DNA of 64,000 nt from Hyaloraphidium curvatum SAG 235-1. Taxonomy: Eukaryota > Fungi > Monoblepharomycota. Below, piece after piece: positions 13,300 through 25,424 of this stretch (its first letter is position 1; each line of letters starts with the position of its first letter). The stretch spans positions 645,541 through 709,540 of the forward strand of contig JAIVFI010000020.1 of the NCBI GenBank assembly GCA_025558095.1. The letters are read 5' to 3'. The notes under the pieces were generated by a model. It was not told the origin of the DNA, searched no databases, and saw nothing but the letters and a program-made list of their open reading frames with translations. The position numbers were made by a program, and so were the translations under genes.

Positions 13300-16083
13300 T
13301 CACTCGACCTTGATCCGCACCTCGTCCTCCTCGTCCTTGATCACGACCACCTCCCGCTCCCGCTTCGCCATCTTCCTCTCCCTCTCCTTTTTCTCCGCCT
13401 TGACCGCCCGCTCGAACGCCCTCCTCTCCTCCTCCAGCTCCCTCTCCCTTTCCCGCAGCGCCCTCCTCGCCTCGGCATGCTGCCTCGCCAGCCTCAGCAC
13501 CTCGGCATCCAGCTGCTCCCTCTCCCTCGCCAGCGCCACCGCCGACCCCGCCCCTGGCCCGTGCAAGCCCGCCGCGGCGTGCACCATCCTCTCCGCCTCT
13601 GCGCGGCGCTCCTCCAGCTCCGCGCGGTCCCCGTCCAGGGCGGAATGCGCGGCATCCAGCGCCGCCCGCTCGTCCGAGAACCGCCGGCGCTCGAGGTCCA
13701 GGCTGCGCGCCCAGCGCTCGTGCTCGGCCCGCATGGCCGCGAGCTCCAGCTTCGCGGCCGCAAGCTCCGCCTTCGTGCCGGTCAGCTCGGCCCGGCCACG
13801 CTCGAGCTCGGCTTCCCGCTCGGCGTCGCGGGTGAGGAGCTGCGCGATGAGGGGGGCGATGTCGCTTGCGGGTGCCCGGGCGGGGGTGGGCGGACGCGGC
13901 TCGGGCGGGGGTGTGGGCGAACGCCGGCGCTTCCGCGCCTCCGAAACGCGCGCGGCGAGCGGGAGGTCCTCCGAGTCCAACGCCGGAAGCGGCCGAGACG
14001 GCTCCTCCCCGTCCTCCGTGTCCGACACCGCCGCCCTCCTCCTGAGCTTCCTCCGCGGCGCGGGCTCCGGCGTCCGATCCTCCCCGGCCTTCCTCCTCGG
14101 CGGCGTGGGCAGCTCGATCTCGATCTCGACCTCCAGCTCGTCCCGCAGCGGGAGCAGGCCGCGCCGGATGTCGTCCTCCCCCTTGACCCTGCGCTTCTTT
14201 CCGGCGGGGCGTTCCAGCGCGGCGGGCGGCGGCGGCGAACCGCCGTCGGAAACATCTTCTTTCTTGACCGCCGCCGCGGTGGGCTCCCCAGGGATCCGCA
14301 CGGCCGCTTCGTCCGCCGCCCGCCGCTCCTTCCGCCTGCGCTTCCTCTCCCCGCCGCCATCCACCAGCCTGATCGTCCCGCCTTGCACCACCACCCCCGC
14401 GCCGACCACGCGCTCGCCTTCCGCCGCGTCGGGAACGGGGAACGGCGGCATCGGCGAGGGCGACCTCGCTCTGCCCCTCGCGGGGAGCGAAGGCGGGCTC
14501 GGATCGCGCGGGGGGGTGCCGACCCACGACACCACGCTCGGCACGTCCGAGGGGAACCCCGTCGCGGCGTCCGATGCCGGCGACCCGGGGGTGGAGGGCA
14601 AGGGGGGGACGGGGATCGGGTCCGGTTGGGGGGGCCGCAGGCGGGGGTGCTTGGGCTGCAGGGGGAGCTTCGGCGGGGGAGGTGCGGGTGCGGGGGGAGG
14701 CGGTGCTGGAGCGGGTTGCGGGTCGGGGAGGCTGCCAGAGTGGGAGGAGAGGGGAGGGTGCCGGTACGTGCAGCGGTCTCCGAACGGGCAGTGGCCCTTT
14801 GCCCAGTAGCGACAGGCTTTCCAGCCGTGGGGGAGGGGCGCTGCGGCGGCCGGTGGCCCGGCCGGTTTGGCGGGAGGTGCAGGAGGGGGAGCGGCCGGTT
14901 TGCGGGGCGGCGCGGCGATGGGCAGGGGAACCACCTCCAGCTTGCGGTGCACCACCTCGATCTTGCGGGACGGGGAAGGTGCGAGAACCAAAGATTTGCG
15001 CGGCGGCGCCGGAAGCGGAGGCGGAGGCAGAGCGCGCGGCGCCGGATTCGGCTCCGGTCGCGCCCTGCCCCCCGCGGGCCCGTTCTTGAGCACCACCTCC
15101 CAGACCTTCAGGCTGCCGGGCCGCTGCGGCATCCCCGCGTGCCGCGCGGGCCGGATGCGTCCCCAGTCGCTGCCCCTTGGGCCCGTCGGGACGAGGTCCG
15201 GGAAGGCCGCGTCCACGGCGCGGCGGACGGCGTCTTTCCCGGCGTCCGACCCGAAGGCGAGCCAAATCTCCGTGTACGTGTCCTTCAGGTGCTCCGTGTT
15301 GGGTGCGGCGCGCACCGCAACGCTGAGCGGCACCGGCGACTCGGGCGTCGCCAGGAGCGGGTCGACGATGTCCCGCTGCACGAGGTCCAGCAGGGAGGGA
15401 AGCTCGCCCTGCCCGCCGTCCGACGACGGCCGCGTGACGCGCACCGTGAAGCCGAATCTCCACGTCTCCTCCTGCGCGTAAATCTCGGTCACGCTCCAGT
15501 ACCAGCCGTGCGCGTGGCCCCAGCGGCACACCTCCCGCGCCTGCGCCAGCCCGCGGACGACCACGAGCGCCGAGAGCGGCTGCACGGCCGGCGCGTCCCT
15601 GATCTGCAGCAGCTTCCTGTGCCGCGTGTCCGACATGAGCCGCAGCCGTTCGGCGTCGAGCGGCAGCAGCAGGCCGGGCTGCACGCCGCACAGCTCCGCG
15701 GCCCCGTCGGGCGCCAGCGTGTAGCGCACCGGCCTGACGGGCAGCGAGTCGAGCAGCACCTCCGCCGTGGGCGGCGGGTGCGGCGGCAGGCGGAAGCCTA
15801 TGAGCGGGAAGTCCGGCGCCTCCGTGTCCGCCAACACGGGGGGACTCGGCACCTCCCGCCTCCTCGAGTTGGGCCCGCTCGGTTCCCGCCTAACAGGTCC
15901 CCTCGCAGCTCCATTCCTGAACGGTTCCCTGGACGGTCCCGCGGCGAACGGCGGCCCCGCGCGCGGCGGCCCGGCCGGCGGTTTCGCCCGTCCCGCGGGC
16001 CGCGGCACCTCGACCGGCCCGCCGCCGCGCAGCTCAACCCACGGCCGCGCGGGCGGCGGCGGCGGGAGCGGCGGCGGCGGCAT
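13300..16083 (-). CDS. Pro-rich CCCH zinc-finger protein with C-terminal coiled coil
   Basis: CRYWAKGHCPFGDRCTYRH (C-x7-C-x5-C-x3-H); basic NLS-like clusters; E/R-rich heptads; long intronless ORF. Confidence 0.75.
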   Translation of the reverse strand: MPPPPLPPPPPARPWVELRGGGPVEVPRPAGRAKPPAGPPRAGPPFAAGPSREPFRNGAARGPVRREPSGPNSRRREVPSPPVLADTEAPDFPLIGFRLPPHPPPTAEVLLDSLPVRPVRYTLAPDGAAELCGVQPGLLLPLDAERLRLMSDTRHRKLLQIRDAPAVQPLSALVVVRGLAQAREVCRWGHAHGWYWSVTEIYAQEETWRFGFTVRVTRPSSDGGQGELPSLLDLVQRDIVDPLLATPESPVPLSVAVRAAPNTEHLKDTYTEIWLAFGSDAGKDAVRRAVDAAFPDLVPTGPRGSDWGRIRPARHAGMPQRPGSLKVWEVVLKNGPAGGRARPEPNPAPRALPPPPLPAPPRKSLVLAPSPSRKIEVVHRKLEVVPLPIAAPPRKPAAPPPAPPAKPAGPPAAAAPLPHGWKACRYWAKGHCPFGDRCTYRHPPLSSHSGSLPDPQPAPAPPPPAPAPPPPKLPLQPKHPRLRPPQPDPIPVPPLPSTPGSPASDAATGFPSDVPSVVSWVGTPPRDPSPPSLPARGRARSPSPMPPFPVPDAAEGERVVGAGVVVQGGTIRLVDGGGERKRRRKERRAADEAAVRIPGEPTAAAVKKEDVSDGGSPPPPAALERPAGKKRRVKGEDDIRRGLLPLRDELEVEIEIELPTPPRRKAGEDRTPEPAPRRKLRRRAAVSDTEDGEEPSRPLPALDSEDLPLAARVSEARKRRRSPTPPPEPRPPTPARAPASDIAPLIAQLLTRDAEREAELERGRAELTGTKAELAAAKLELAAMRAEHERWARSLDLERRRFSDERAALDAAHSALDGDRAELEERRAEAERMVHAAAGLHGPGAGSAVALAREREQLDAEVLRLARQHAEARRALRERERELEEERRAFERAVKAEKKERERKMAKREREVVVIKDEEDEVRIKVE

Positions 16084-16485
16084 GAGGGCCGGGCATGCGC
16101 GGGGGAGATTGCTGGCTCCAGATCCCCCTCGCGAATCACGCACCGGACTGGAAGATCCAGAAGCTACGCATCAACGGGACAACCGAATCATGGTGACGGA
16201 ATGAGTGCCAAGCGAAGCCCCCCGCAATCTCATCGCCGAGGCACATATCAAGCTTTGAGAGTTATGGGCGCGCCCGTCCGCATGTGTGTCCGCATGAGTG
16301 AAGTGGAAGGAGCGCCGAATGACCATGCGGTCGATCCATCAGACAGGCATATGGAGATGATCGTCGTGTTGTCTGCTTGCGGCGAGTGTGCCACAGCACA
16401 CCTCTTTCGTGTCGAAGCCGTGCCAGCTCAATCCTGGAATGTGACTTTCTGACTGTGAGCGTGATGAGGTGCAAGTCAAGATCAA

Positions 16486-16760
16486 CTAATTCATCACCGG
16501 GGCAGGTCGTTCAGAGAGCACCCACAAGGTCCGTCCCGAGTTGGCCTCGAGATCGTACATGTGCTTGTAGCAGAACGGCCCCTTGTCGTCCCGCATCTTC
16601 TGCCGGCAGAACTCCCCGTTCTGCACCACTCGATGGCACCGGTAGGCGCAGTACCTCTTCTGCACGAACCGCCCCTTCTCGTCGGTGTACACGATCTTGT
16701 TGTAGGCCCTCTCGCCGCACGGACCGAAATCCTCGCAGCGGCACGGGTTTATGCGGGGGT
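16486..16760 (-). CDS. Last exon of a small Cys/His (zinc-binding?) protein; 5' end unresolved
   Basis: Protein-like frame AYNKIVYTDEKGRFVQKRYCAYRCHRVVQNGEFCRQKMRDDKGPFCYKH with GC3-biased codons; GTGAGA donor-like site near 16772. Confidence 0.45.
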
Positions 16761-17507
16761 TGGTTCTCTCACCGTAGTAGATGGTGGGGTCTTCGCTCTG
16801 CGGTGGCGGACCCGGGGATCAGGCAGGTCCGAGGCGCGCACGTCGGCAGGGCCCGGGGGCTGGAGACACCCGGCGTGGTGTCGTACGGCGGACACAACTT
16901 GCCGGTCCCGACAAGCCGTGAGGCTGAGGGAAACTGTGAGGGCTTTCTCTTGAGTTTTCGCGACGCCTCAAAAGTCCAGGACGCAGACCAGTCCATCCAA
17001 CTCCCGGCCGTGCAGATGCTCGTGGTCGCGGATGCGCCGGCAGCAAGTACGGTTCGTTGACACCCTGCGCGAAGGCTCGGATTTGGCTGCCCGGCACGAG
17101 TGTCCCCGCGTCACCTGACGCACTCCGAACCATCACGCACAATCCGGCCGACCTGGCTGCCCATCAGCTCCGGGATGCGAAGTCCGTCGCCCGGCTTCGG
17201 ACACGGTGCGGATCCCTCCGCCATCGCGCCGCCGTGGAGCCGCCATGCCCTCCCCTGGCCAGCTGGGCTTCCAGCACCGGTTCGCTCGCGGGAGCCCCAT
17301 CAGCAGCGATTCGGGCCTCCCCGCCATCCGGACCGATTAATTGCAAGCATCCCGAAATGCGGGACGCCCAGTGCTGTTGTTTTCCGACCGAGCCCCTGAA
17401 GATCCGCGCAAAGGGTCCTGCGTCGTCGCTTGGCGTTACCGCCGTCCCCCGGGCCTCGGCCTCCGCATCGCCCCTTGAAACACGCCACTTCCCAACTTTC
17501 CAGCGCC

Positions 17508-17845
17508 ATGGCCAAGTGGTTCACATTCAGTGCGTTCGCTCCCGTCCCGTGCCCGCCCGCTATGCCGACGGCGCCTCCCGGGCACCCCTCCCCAGTCTGC
17601 CACGCGGCGCCCGACGACGCCATCCAGGACGTCCTCCCCGAGGCCCTGGGGTGCACCAAATGGTACCATTACAAGCGCAGCGGGGTGGAGATCGAGGTCG
17701 GCGCGGACGAGGAAGCCGACGCGGGGGCGTTCGAGAGGGTGATGCGGGACATCTTCGCGCCGGACTTCCAGGTGCGCATGCCGTCGATCCGCCGCGGCGC
17801 GCACGGGGCTCAACGGGCCGCCCGCAGATGATCAATGCCGCGTGA
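17508..17845 (+). CDS. ~71-aa hypothetical microprotein, 2 introns
   Basis: Removing GT-AG introns (17530-17595 and ~17772-17827) gives MAKWFTFICHAAPDDAIQDVLPEALGCTKWYHYKRSGVEIEVGADEEADAGAFERVMRDIFAPDFQMINAA*. Confidence 0.6.
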
Positions 17846-17956
17846 TGCAGTGATACCACCGGCGGGCATCCAATTGGGCACCAGTGCGAACGAATGTCTG
17901 GAGGTGAATGAAAGGCCATGTTCCAATAGGACGCCTAGAAGAGCAGTCCGCCCGCA

Positions 17957-20218
17957 TCATCCCACCGGAAACTCCTTCCACCAGGGAAAGAATATGACCG
18001 TGACCAGGAACCACACCGGGCACGCGATGGCGAGCGACCACGCCATGTAGCCGAAGAAGCTCGGCACGTGGAGCTTGTTCTGGATGGCGATGTTGCGCAC
18101 GAGGAAGTTGGGCGCGTTGCCGATGTACGTGCTGCGAAGGAAGGGATGCGGTGAGCGGCACGTGTGGTGCGTGCGTGGCAAGCGGCCCACTTGGCGCCCA
18201 TGAACACGGCGCCGGCCGTGATGGCCTGCAGGTAGATAGACTTGGTCGTCATGAGCTCCTGCGGGTTTCCGCCGGCGACGTTGAAGAAGAGCAGGTACGT
18301 CGGCGAGTTGTCGAGGAAGCTGGACAGGCCGCCCGTCACCCAGAAGTACTTGGCCGGGGTGTCCACGGCGGTGATGATGAACCCAAGCGGGCCCTGCACG
18401 CCCTCGTCGAACATGAGTAGGATGGGGACGAGGCAGAAGAAGATGCCGATGAAGAGCACGGCGACCTCCGTGAATGGTGCCCAGGTGAAGTTGTTGTCGC
18501 GGTGCACCTTCTTGGGCGTGAAGAGGAAGTACGAGGCCAGGCCGATGCCGACGAAGATGAGGTCCCGGCCGAGGGCAAAGTACGACCAGAAGATCGAGTC
18601 CGAGGGGGCGGCGGGGTTGGTCATGACCGTGAAGCCCGCGTCGGGGTACGCCTTGACAAGGAAGCCCGATGCAACGACGAGCGCTTCGTGGACGCGGCGT
18701 CAGCTAGCTTGTCGATCAGGGGTATCCTTTCGGAGGCACCCACCGACGACCAAACCGATCCCCGCGATGTTGATGAACCCGCTGATCCTGAACTTGTCCC
18801 CCGCCGACAGCCCCGGCTTGAGCGCCATCCCCACCCGCACCATCATCCGCAGCTTGTGCCATCCCTCGACGTACGCCATGGACGGTTTGCGCTCCGGCTC
18901 GCCGTGGAACTGCACCTGCGTCGCGGCCGTCGCGGCCGTCGCAACGCTGGCGACGGTGTCCTTGCGCACCGCGCTGCGGAGGCGCGCCCAGCCTTTGGGC
19001 TCCGGGGCGGTTGCGGCCTGCGCGCTTGCGGCCAAGACGTTGCCGGCGTCCTCCGACGTTGCGACAGCAGAGGGCCCGTTCGTCTCGGCTCCGACCAAGA
19101 TGCCCCGCGCTTCGGGCGCGGTGCTGTCGGTTCCAAGCTGAGCAGCTTCGCCGGCAACCTCAGCCTCGGGCGCGACTGTCGGTGGCTCGAGCGACTGCGG
19201 CGCCGCGGCGTCGGGAGCGACCCTCTCCCCGTCGCCGTTGGCCTTGAAGTCCCCCTCGACTCCCGCGGCCGTGGGGCCCGTCTGGCTCCTGGACGACGCC
19301 TTCCCCATCTCCACGTCGCCCCGATCGACAAACGCCACCGACGCCTTCCTCGGCAGGTTGTACGTGAGCACCGATCCCGTCCTCGGAGGCCCCACGGGCA
19401 CCGACATGGGCTGGTCGGCGCCGAACACCTCGCTCACGGCGGTCGCGAAGGTCTTTAGCCGCGTGGGCGCGCGCGGCGTGCTGGTCACGCTGACGGCGTC
19501 CGAGTCCCTCCGTCGGCGGGTCTTTGACCTGCGGCTCATCTCCATGTTGTAGAGCACCGTGTCGAGGATCAGGTAGATGAGGAGGAGGGTGGCGACGGCA
19601 AAGAGCATGTGGAAGATGAGGTTGGTCAAGGGCCAGAAAAAGTCGATGCCCTTGAGGAAGCCCAGGTACACGGGCGGGTCGCCGATGGGGGTGAGCACGC
19701 CGCCGACGTTGGAGACGATGAAGATGAAGAAGACGATGGTGTGCACGCGGTGGGTCCGCCGCGCGAGGGAGCGCAGCACGGGGCGGATCAGAATCATGCT
19801 GGTGCCGGTGGTGCCGATGATGGAGGCGAAGATGGCGCCGATTAGGAGGGTGAGCACGTTCGTCATGGGCGTTCCGTTGCCGGCGCCCTCGATGACCACG
19901 CCGCCGGCGGTCACGTAGAGGGCGAAGATTAGGGTCGTGAACGGGATGTACTCGAGAATGACGGTATGGAGGACCTCGTAGAGCATTAGCAGGCCTCCGA
20001 ACTGCACCGCGAACCTGCGGGAGCGCAAGAGATAAGAACCGCAACTCCGAGCCCGTCACGGGCACCCACGGTATGAGAAACGCCAGCGCACACACGAGCA
20101 CGAAGGCCCACATCCACTTCTCCCACGTGTGCGGGATCACCAGCGGGCACACGGCGATGCAGAGCAGCAGCACGACGAACGGTATCCCGTAGGGCAGCGT
20201 CACGGGCACGGGGGCCAT
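17957..20218 (-). CDS. Bacterial-type sodium:proton antiporter / IT-superfamily transporter (CitMHS_2-like) with a long hydrophilic insertion
   Basis: EYIPF, ASIIGTTGTSMILIRP, SNVGGVLTPIGDPPVYLGFLKGIDFFW, WAPFTEVAVLFIGIF, YFWVTGGLSSFLDNSPTY, TYIGNAPNF, PSFFGYM; 3 introns. Confidence 0.88.
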
Positions 20219-20751
20219 GGTTCGGAGCAAATCCCAAGTCTCTGCAGGCTAGGAGCCGGATCCGGAAAGGAAACCAAGCCCGGCGCCGTCCGGGAGCCGC
20301 CCGAGGGGAAAGAAGGCGCCCCGACCCGCTGCCGCGCGGCCGCCTTCAGCGAGCGCGCCCGGGCCGCAAACCGCCTCGGAATGCAGGAGACGGTCTTTTC
20401 GGCTCGAGGCACGCCGCGATGGCGGCCCGAACGGCGCGAAAAGCCGCGATGCGGGGGGTTGTTTACGGGGCGTCCGGCCGAACCGCCGCGCGCAGGGATC
20501 GGGCGCTGCCCCCGACGAATGGCGAGAAAAGGCCGCACCATCCCGGACGCAAGGCCAGCGGCGCTTAACGGATCCCAATGCTTGTACTGTACAGGTATCA
20601 CACCCGTCGATGAATCTACCCCCGACCGATAAAGATGGCCCCGCGGCGCTACAAAGCCGCCCCGCCTTCGAGATGACGACGATTCAGGATACAGCCCCCG
20701 ACCGTCCGGGCCCCGCATGGGAAACCCCGGCCGAAGGCATGAGGAAGCCGC

Positions 20752-22146
20752 TCACTTGCCCTCCTGCACGGTGGTCGCCGGCGACTCGGCCTCCTCCTTG
20801 GCCGCCGCCTTGCCGGGGATCGGGAACGGCAGCGGGGCGCCGATCATCAGCGCGTTCATGTTGCTGTTGAGCTGCGCCTGCATTGCCGCCTTGTCGAGGT
20901 CGGTCATGCCCTCGGCTGTGCGGAGGAACTCGGAGTAGCGCTGCCGGGTGCGCGGTCAGCGGGCAGGCGGGCGCGGCCACGGCGCGGCGGCCCACCTTCT
21001 CCATCACCTCGAGCACCTTCTCCTGCGCGCGGCTGGGGATCACCGAGCCGCAGTTGTCGCACCTCCGGGCCTCGCCCTTGAGGGGCTCGCGGCACCAGAA
21101 GCACACCTGCACGATGGATTCCTTCTTGCGGTAGAACAGGCCGATGAACTTGATCATGAGGAAGACGACGATGGCGATGAGGAAGAAGTTGACGATGGAC
21201 TGCGGAGGGGGATCGGAGGCGGGGCGGGTGGTCGGAGGGGGCCGAGGAGGGGGCGAAAGGGGCATGCGACGGAAGCGGGACACCGTCAGGACCTCGTCCG
21301 GGGTCCGCCGTTCCCCGCACCCACGTTGATGAAGCTACCCCACGCGAGCGTGATGGCCTGGTCCGCGGTCGCCTGCTGCGGCGTCGGGTAGCTCATGTTG
21401 CCCGACAGCCCGGCGCGCATGACGGCGTTGTAGGCCGCCAGGTCCTTGTTCCCCATCAGCCCGATGATCGGGGAGATCATGTCGTCTACGAGCGAGGTGA
21501 CGATGGCCGTGAAGGCGTTGCCGATGATGATGCCCACGGCCAGGTCGACGACGTTGCCGCGGGAGATGAAGGCGAAGAAGTCCTGCGCAAACTCGGACAT
21601 GCCGCGGAGGGTGTCCATCGCCACGTCGTCCAGGTCGTCGAAGCTGTCGACCTTGGTGAACACGTTCGTGGCCTTCTGCACGGTCTGCTTGGTCGAATCG
21701 ACGACGTCTTTCGGGGAGGGGGACCGGGTCAGCGCGCCCATCCGCGGCCATCACGGGGCGGACCACCCACGGAGGGCATCGTCCGGCACGAAATCCTCGA
21801 TCACGACCTTCTCGGGCGCCTTGGGCGACTGCAGCGTGCTGGCGTGCGCGTCGTGGGCGGCGATGAGCTCGGGGTGGAACATGTCCGACGCCAGGCCGTA
21901 GGCCGCGGGTTTGGCCGGCGCGGCGGCGGCGGCGGACGACGAGGCGGCGGTGCCCGCGTCCGAGATCGGGCTGTCGCCGGCGCCGGCGGCCGCGGGCGCC
22001 GCCGATGCGGAGGCCGTCCCTGGCGTCGGCGCGGCCGACGCCGGGAACAGCGCCGGCTTGCCGGTCTTCGGGTCGAGGATCACCCGCCCGGCATCGTCGA
22101 AGCGGTACTCGAAGCCCGCGGGGGGCGGCGGCAGCTCGGCGTCCAT
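20752..22146 (-). CDS. mscL: Large-conductance mechanosensitive channel MscL homolog 1 (N-extension, C-terminal CxxC..CxxC)
   Basis: [40 protein letters not shown] (S1+TM1); WGSFIN|[17 protein letters not shown] (TM2); CFWC..CDNC; 3 introns. Confidence 0.92.
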
Positions 22147-24016
22147 CGCGCGCGGGGGCGGGGGGGAATCGGGCCGCGGACGCGTTTTCCAATCACACAG
22201 GGTACTCTGGTTCGGGGCGCACCCCACTCGCCCGGGGAGGGCCGGGGACGCATGGCCGACACCACGATGGGGTGGATCGCCGTCCGATCGCACCGGAATG
22301 CAATTATCAGCCCGACATCGGTCTATTCTACCCCGCGGATGCGTCGGAAAGGAGGTCCCTTGCTGACCTCCCCAGCCCGGCCGCACCGGCCCGCCTCTCG
22401 TTCCACCCTGCCGGCCGCCCATCCGCGCCCTGGGGCCCCTCCGACGCCTCCAAGACCACCGGTTGGCACGTCCCGCCCGGCGGCCACCGGGTCCCGGGAC
22501 CGGGGAGGCCCGGACGGGCGGTCGGGCGTTGCGGCCTCCTACGGAGGGGCCGAGGTCGTCCGACCATCGGACGCGAGCCCGGGGGATCGGCTGCCCGGGG
22601 AGGCAGGAGACCGGAAGGGGGGCCCGAGGGGCGGGCGCGGGGACGATCGGCGGCGGATGGGGGGGGGGGCGGGAGGGCCGGGATCCCAAACGGGAAGGTG
22701 GGAAGGACAATGCCGCCCGGCCGCGGTCCGCCGGGTTTGCCGGCCGCGGGGGAACCGGACGGGGCTCCAAACCGAAATATAATGAGGCGGCGGTCGCGGA
22801 CCGCCCGTTCCGCGGGTCCGGTGGGCCGACGGGGCGCCGGCGGCCCCGGCAGGGCGTCACGTGATAGGGGCGGGCGGGAAGACTCGGACCGTCCATCCGG
22901 CCTGCAGACGGCGGGAAAGCGACCCGTATCAGCTTCAGTAACAAAATAATGTGGAATCCCGGGATTTCCGCCGCTCCGCTGCCCCTCCCTGTCGCGTGGG
23001 GCCGGCACGGCGGCACAGACGGCGGCTGACCCGCCGGAAAACCCGCGCGCCATCGCGCGCTTCCCCGCCGCGATCCGGGCCCGCGACCCGCGCGGACGCC
23101 ATCGCGACGATGCGGACGGACGGGGGCGATTGCATGCGGTGCGGGGGACGGCGCAGCGGGGCGGGAGGGACGGCGGCCCGTGTGGCAGGGAGGTCGGGGT
23201 GACCATTTCCGCCCGCTTCCTCCGCCGTCCCCGTTCAGGGACAACCGCGATGGAGGCGGGGAGAAGCGATCTCTGGCCTCCGAGGGCCGGGAAGCGGCGT
23301 GCCGTGGGTGGGCGGCACCCCACCCGTCCCGCGCGGGCGGGTGTCGCGGTGCGCCATCCCTCTCACATTGCGGGAGCCAGGGCCGCGGGATGACCGAGAT
23401 TCCAGTTCATATTGGCGCGCGACTCATTGGACGGCCTGGAAGCTCGGCAGGCCCGTGAGGGGCCGGGCAACAAGCGGCGCACGCGGACCGCGACGCTTAT
23501 CTGAGGACACAGGACCAAGGACGGGCCCGCCCGGCGGGCCATGTCGGCGACGGCAAACACCCCGCGGATGCCAGTGTTTTGGCGAACCGGATGCCACGGA
23601 CAGCGGGGCAGCGGACGACGGCCGTCCCCACCTCTTGTCCGGCCAGGACCCCTACGATCCCCCTCCTCCTCCCCTCGCCGAGCCGACGGATCGGCGATGT
23701 CCCGGCGCTTCAGCCGACGCTCCCGGGACGCGCGGGGCCGGTGATGCCCCGGACGGGCGCCGATCCGAGCGACAGTGGGGGACGCAAGGCCATCTGATGG
23801 GCGGGGGGCCCTGACCTGCGGAGCGCATCGGCGGCACCGGACGTGCATCCCCCGGGCCATCCGCAATTTTCGCTTATTGGCAGGACACCCGCGACTGCTT
23901 TTTGACCCGCGGCGCCGGGTTCCCGGGCGTCTTTGGGGCGGAGGGTCCCAGGTCCCCTGACCAGAGGCGGGCGGCGACGGCTGCTGCGGCTCCGAACTCA
24001 CCACACCTTTCACGCG

Positions 24017-25424
24017 ATGGCGGGCGAACCCGAGCTGCCGCCGCCGCCTGCGGGCTTCGAGTACCGCTTCGACGCGGCGGGCAACGTGCTCCTCGACGAG
24101 AAGACCGGGAAGCCGGCGCTGTTCGCGGTCGGCGAGGGCGGCACGGTTGCCGCGGCGTCCGCGCCATCGCCGGCCGCCGCGCCCGCCGCGCCCGATGCCG
24201 CCGCCGCCGCCGCGTCGGCCGCCGAGGTCGCCGCGCATCCCGGCGGCGTCGGCGCGCCCGGCGCCGCGGGCGACCTCGCCGCCATGTTCGCCGCACAGTC
24301 CGACGCCGACAACGCAAAGTCGGGCGCCGCCGAGCTGACCGCCGACCCCAACGACGTCAAGGCGATTCACTTTGTGCCCGACACCGCGCTGCGTGGGTTC
24401 CGCACGCCATTGCGCCTGCCGGCGGTGCGGCTGACCCCGTCCCCCGATCCCCCCCCCACCAGACGTCGTCGACACCACAAAGGGCACGGTCAACAAGACC
24501 GTCGACGCCGTGCAGGACATCTTCGACGACCCCACCGACGCCGCCCAGGACGCCCTGCGGAACATGTCCGACTTTGCCCAGGACTTTTTCAAGTTCATCT
24601 CGCGCGGCAACGTGATCGACCTGGCCGTCGGCATCATCATCGGCAACGCCTTCACCGCCATCGTGACCTCGCTCGTGGACGACATGATATCGCCGATCCT
24701 GGGGCTGATGGGGAACAAGGACCTGGCGGCCTACAACGCCGTCATGCGGCCCGGGCTGTCGGGGAACACCTCGTACCCGACCCCGGCGCAGGCAAAGGCG
24801 GACCAGGCCATCACGCTCGCATGGGGCAACTTCATCAACGTGGGTTGACGTCCCCGGGGGGGCGAATTCGGTCCCGAAGACCGCGGCTGACCCGTTCCCT
24901 CGCCGTCCCGTCTCCTCCCCCCGCCGTCTTCCGTCTCCTCGACCTCCCCGCACCTCCTCCTTTGTCCTCCCCCACCCAGTCGATCATCAACTTCTTCCTC
25001 ATCGCCATCGTCGTCTTCCTCATGATCAAGTTCATCGGCCTCTTCTACCGCAAGAAGGAGTCCATCGTCCAGGTGTGCTGGTGGTGCCGCGAGCCGCTCA
25101 AGGGCGACGCCCGTCGGTGCGACAACTGCGGCTCGGTGATCCCCAGCCGCGCGCAGGAAAAGGTCATGGAGGTCATGGAGAAGGTGGGACCGCCCGTGGC
25201 ATGCCGGTGCGGGGCAAGCTGACGCCCCGCAGCGCTACTCGGAGCACATCTCCAGCGCCGAGGGCATGACCGACCTCGACAAGGCCGCGCTGCAGGCCCA
25301 GCTCAACAGCAACATGAACGCGCTCATGATCGGCGCCCCGCTGCCGTTCCCGATCCCGGGCGGGAAGAAGCTCGAGACGCAGAAGACGGCGGCGACGGCG
25401 GCGGGCGTGGCGCCGGCCAAGTGA
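24017..25424 (+). CDS. mscL: MscL homolog 2, inverted paralog of homolog 1
   Basis: [33 protein letters not shown]; same 3 intron positions; CWWC..CDNC tail. Confidence 0.92.

Noticed and set aside
16760-17850. Possible selenocysteine UGA read-through (in-frame TGA at ~16769; TGA-TGC at 17843)
   Set aside because: No selenoprotein family context or recognisable SECIS; the first TGA lies in a GTGAG donor-like site.
22147-24016. Hidden gene or ncRNA in the MscL intergenic spacer
   Set aside because: Only low-complexity ORFs; no recognisable RNA gene.
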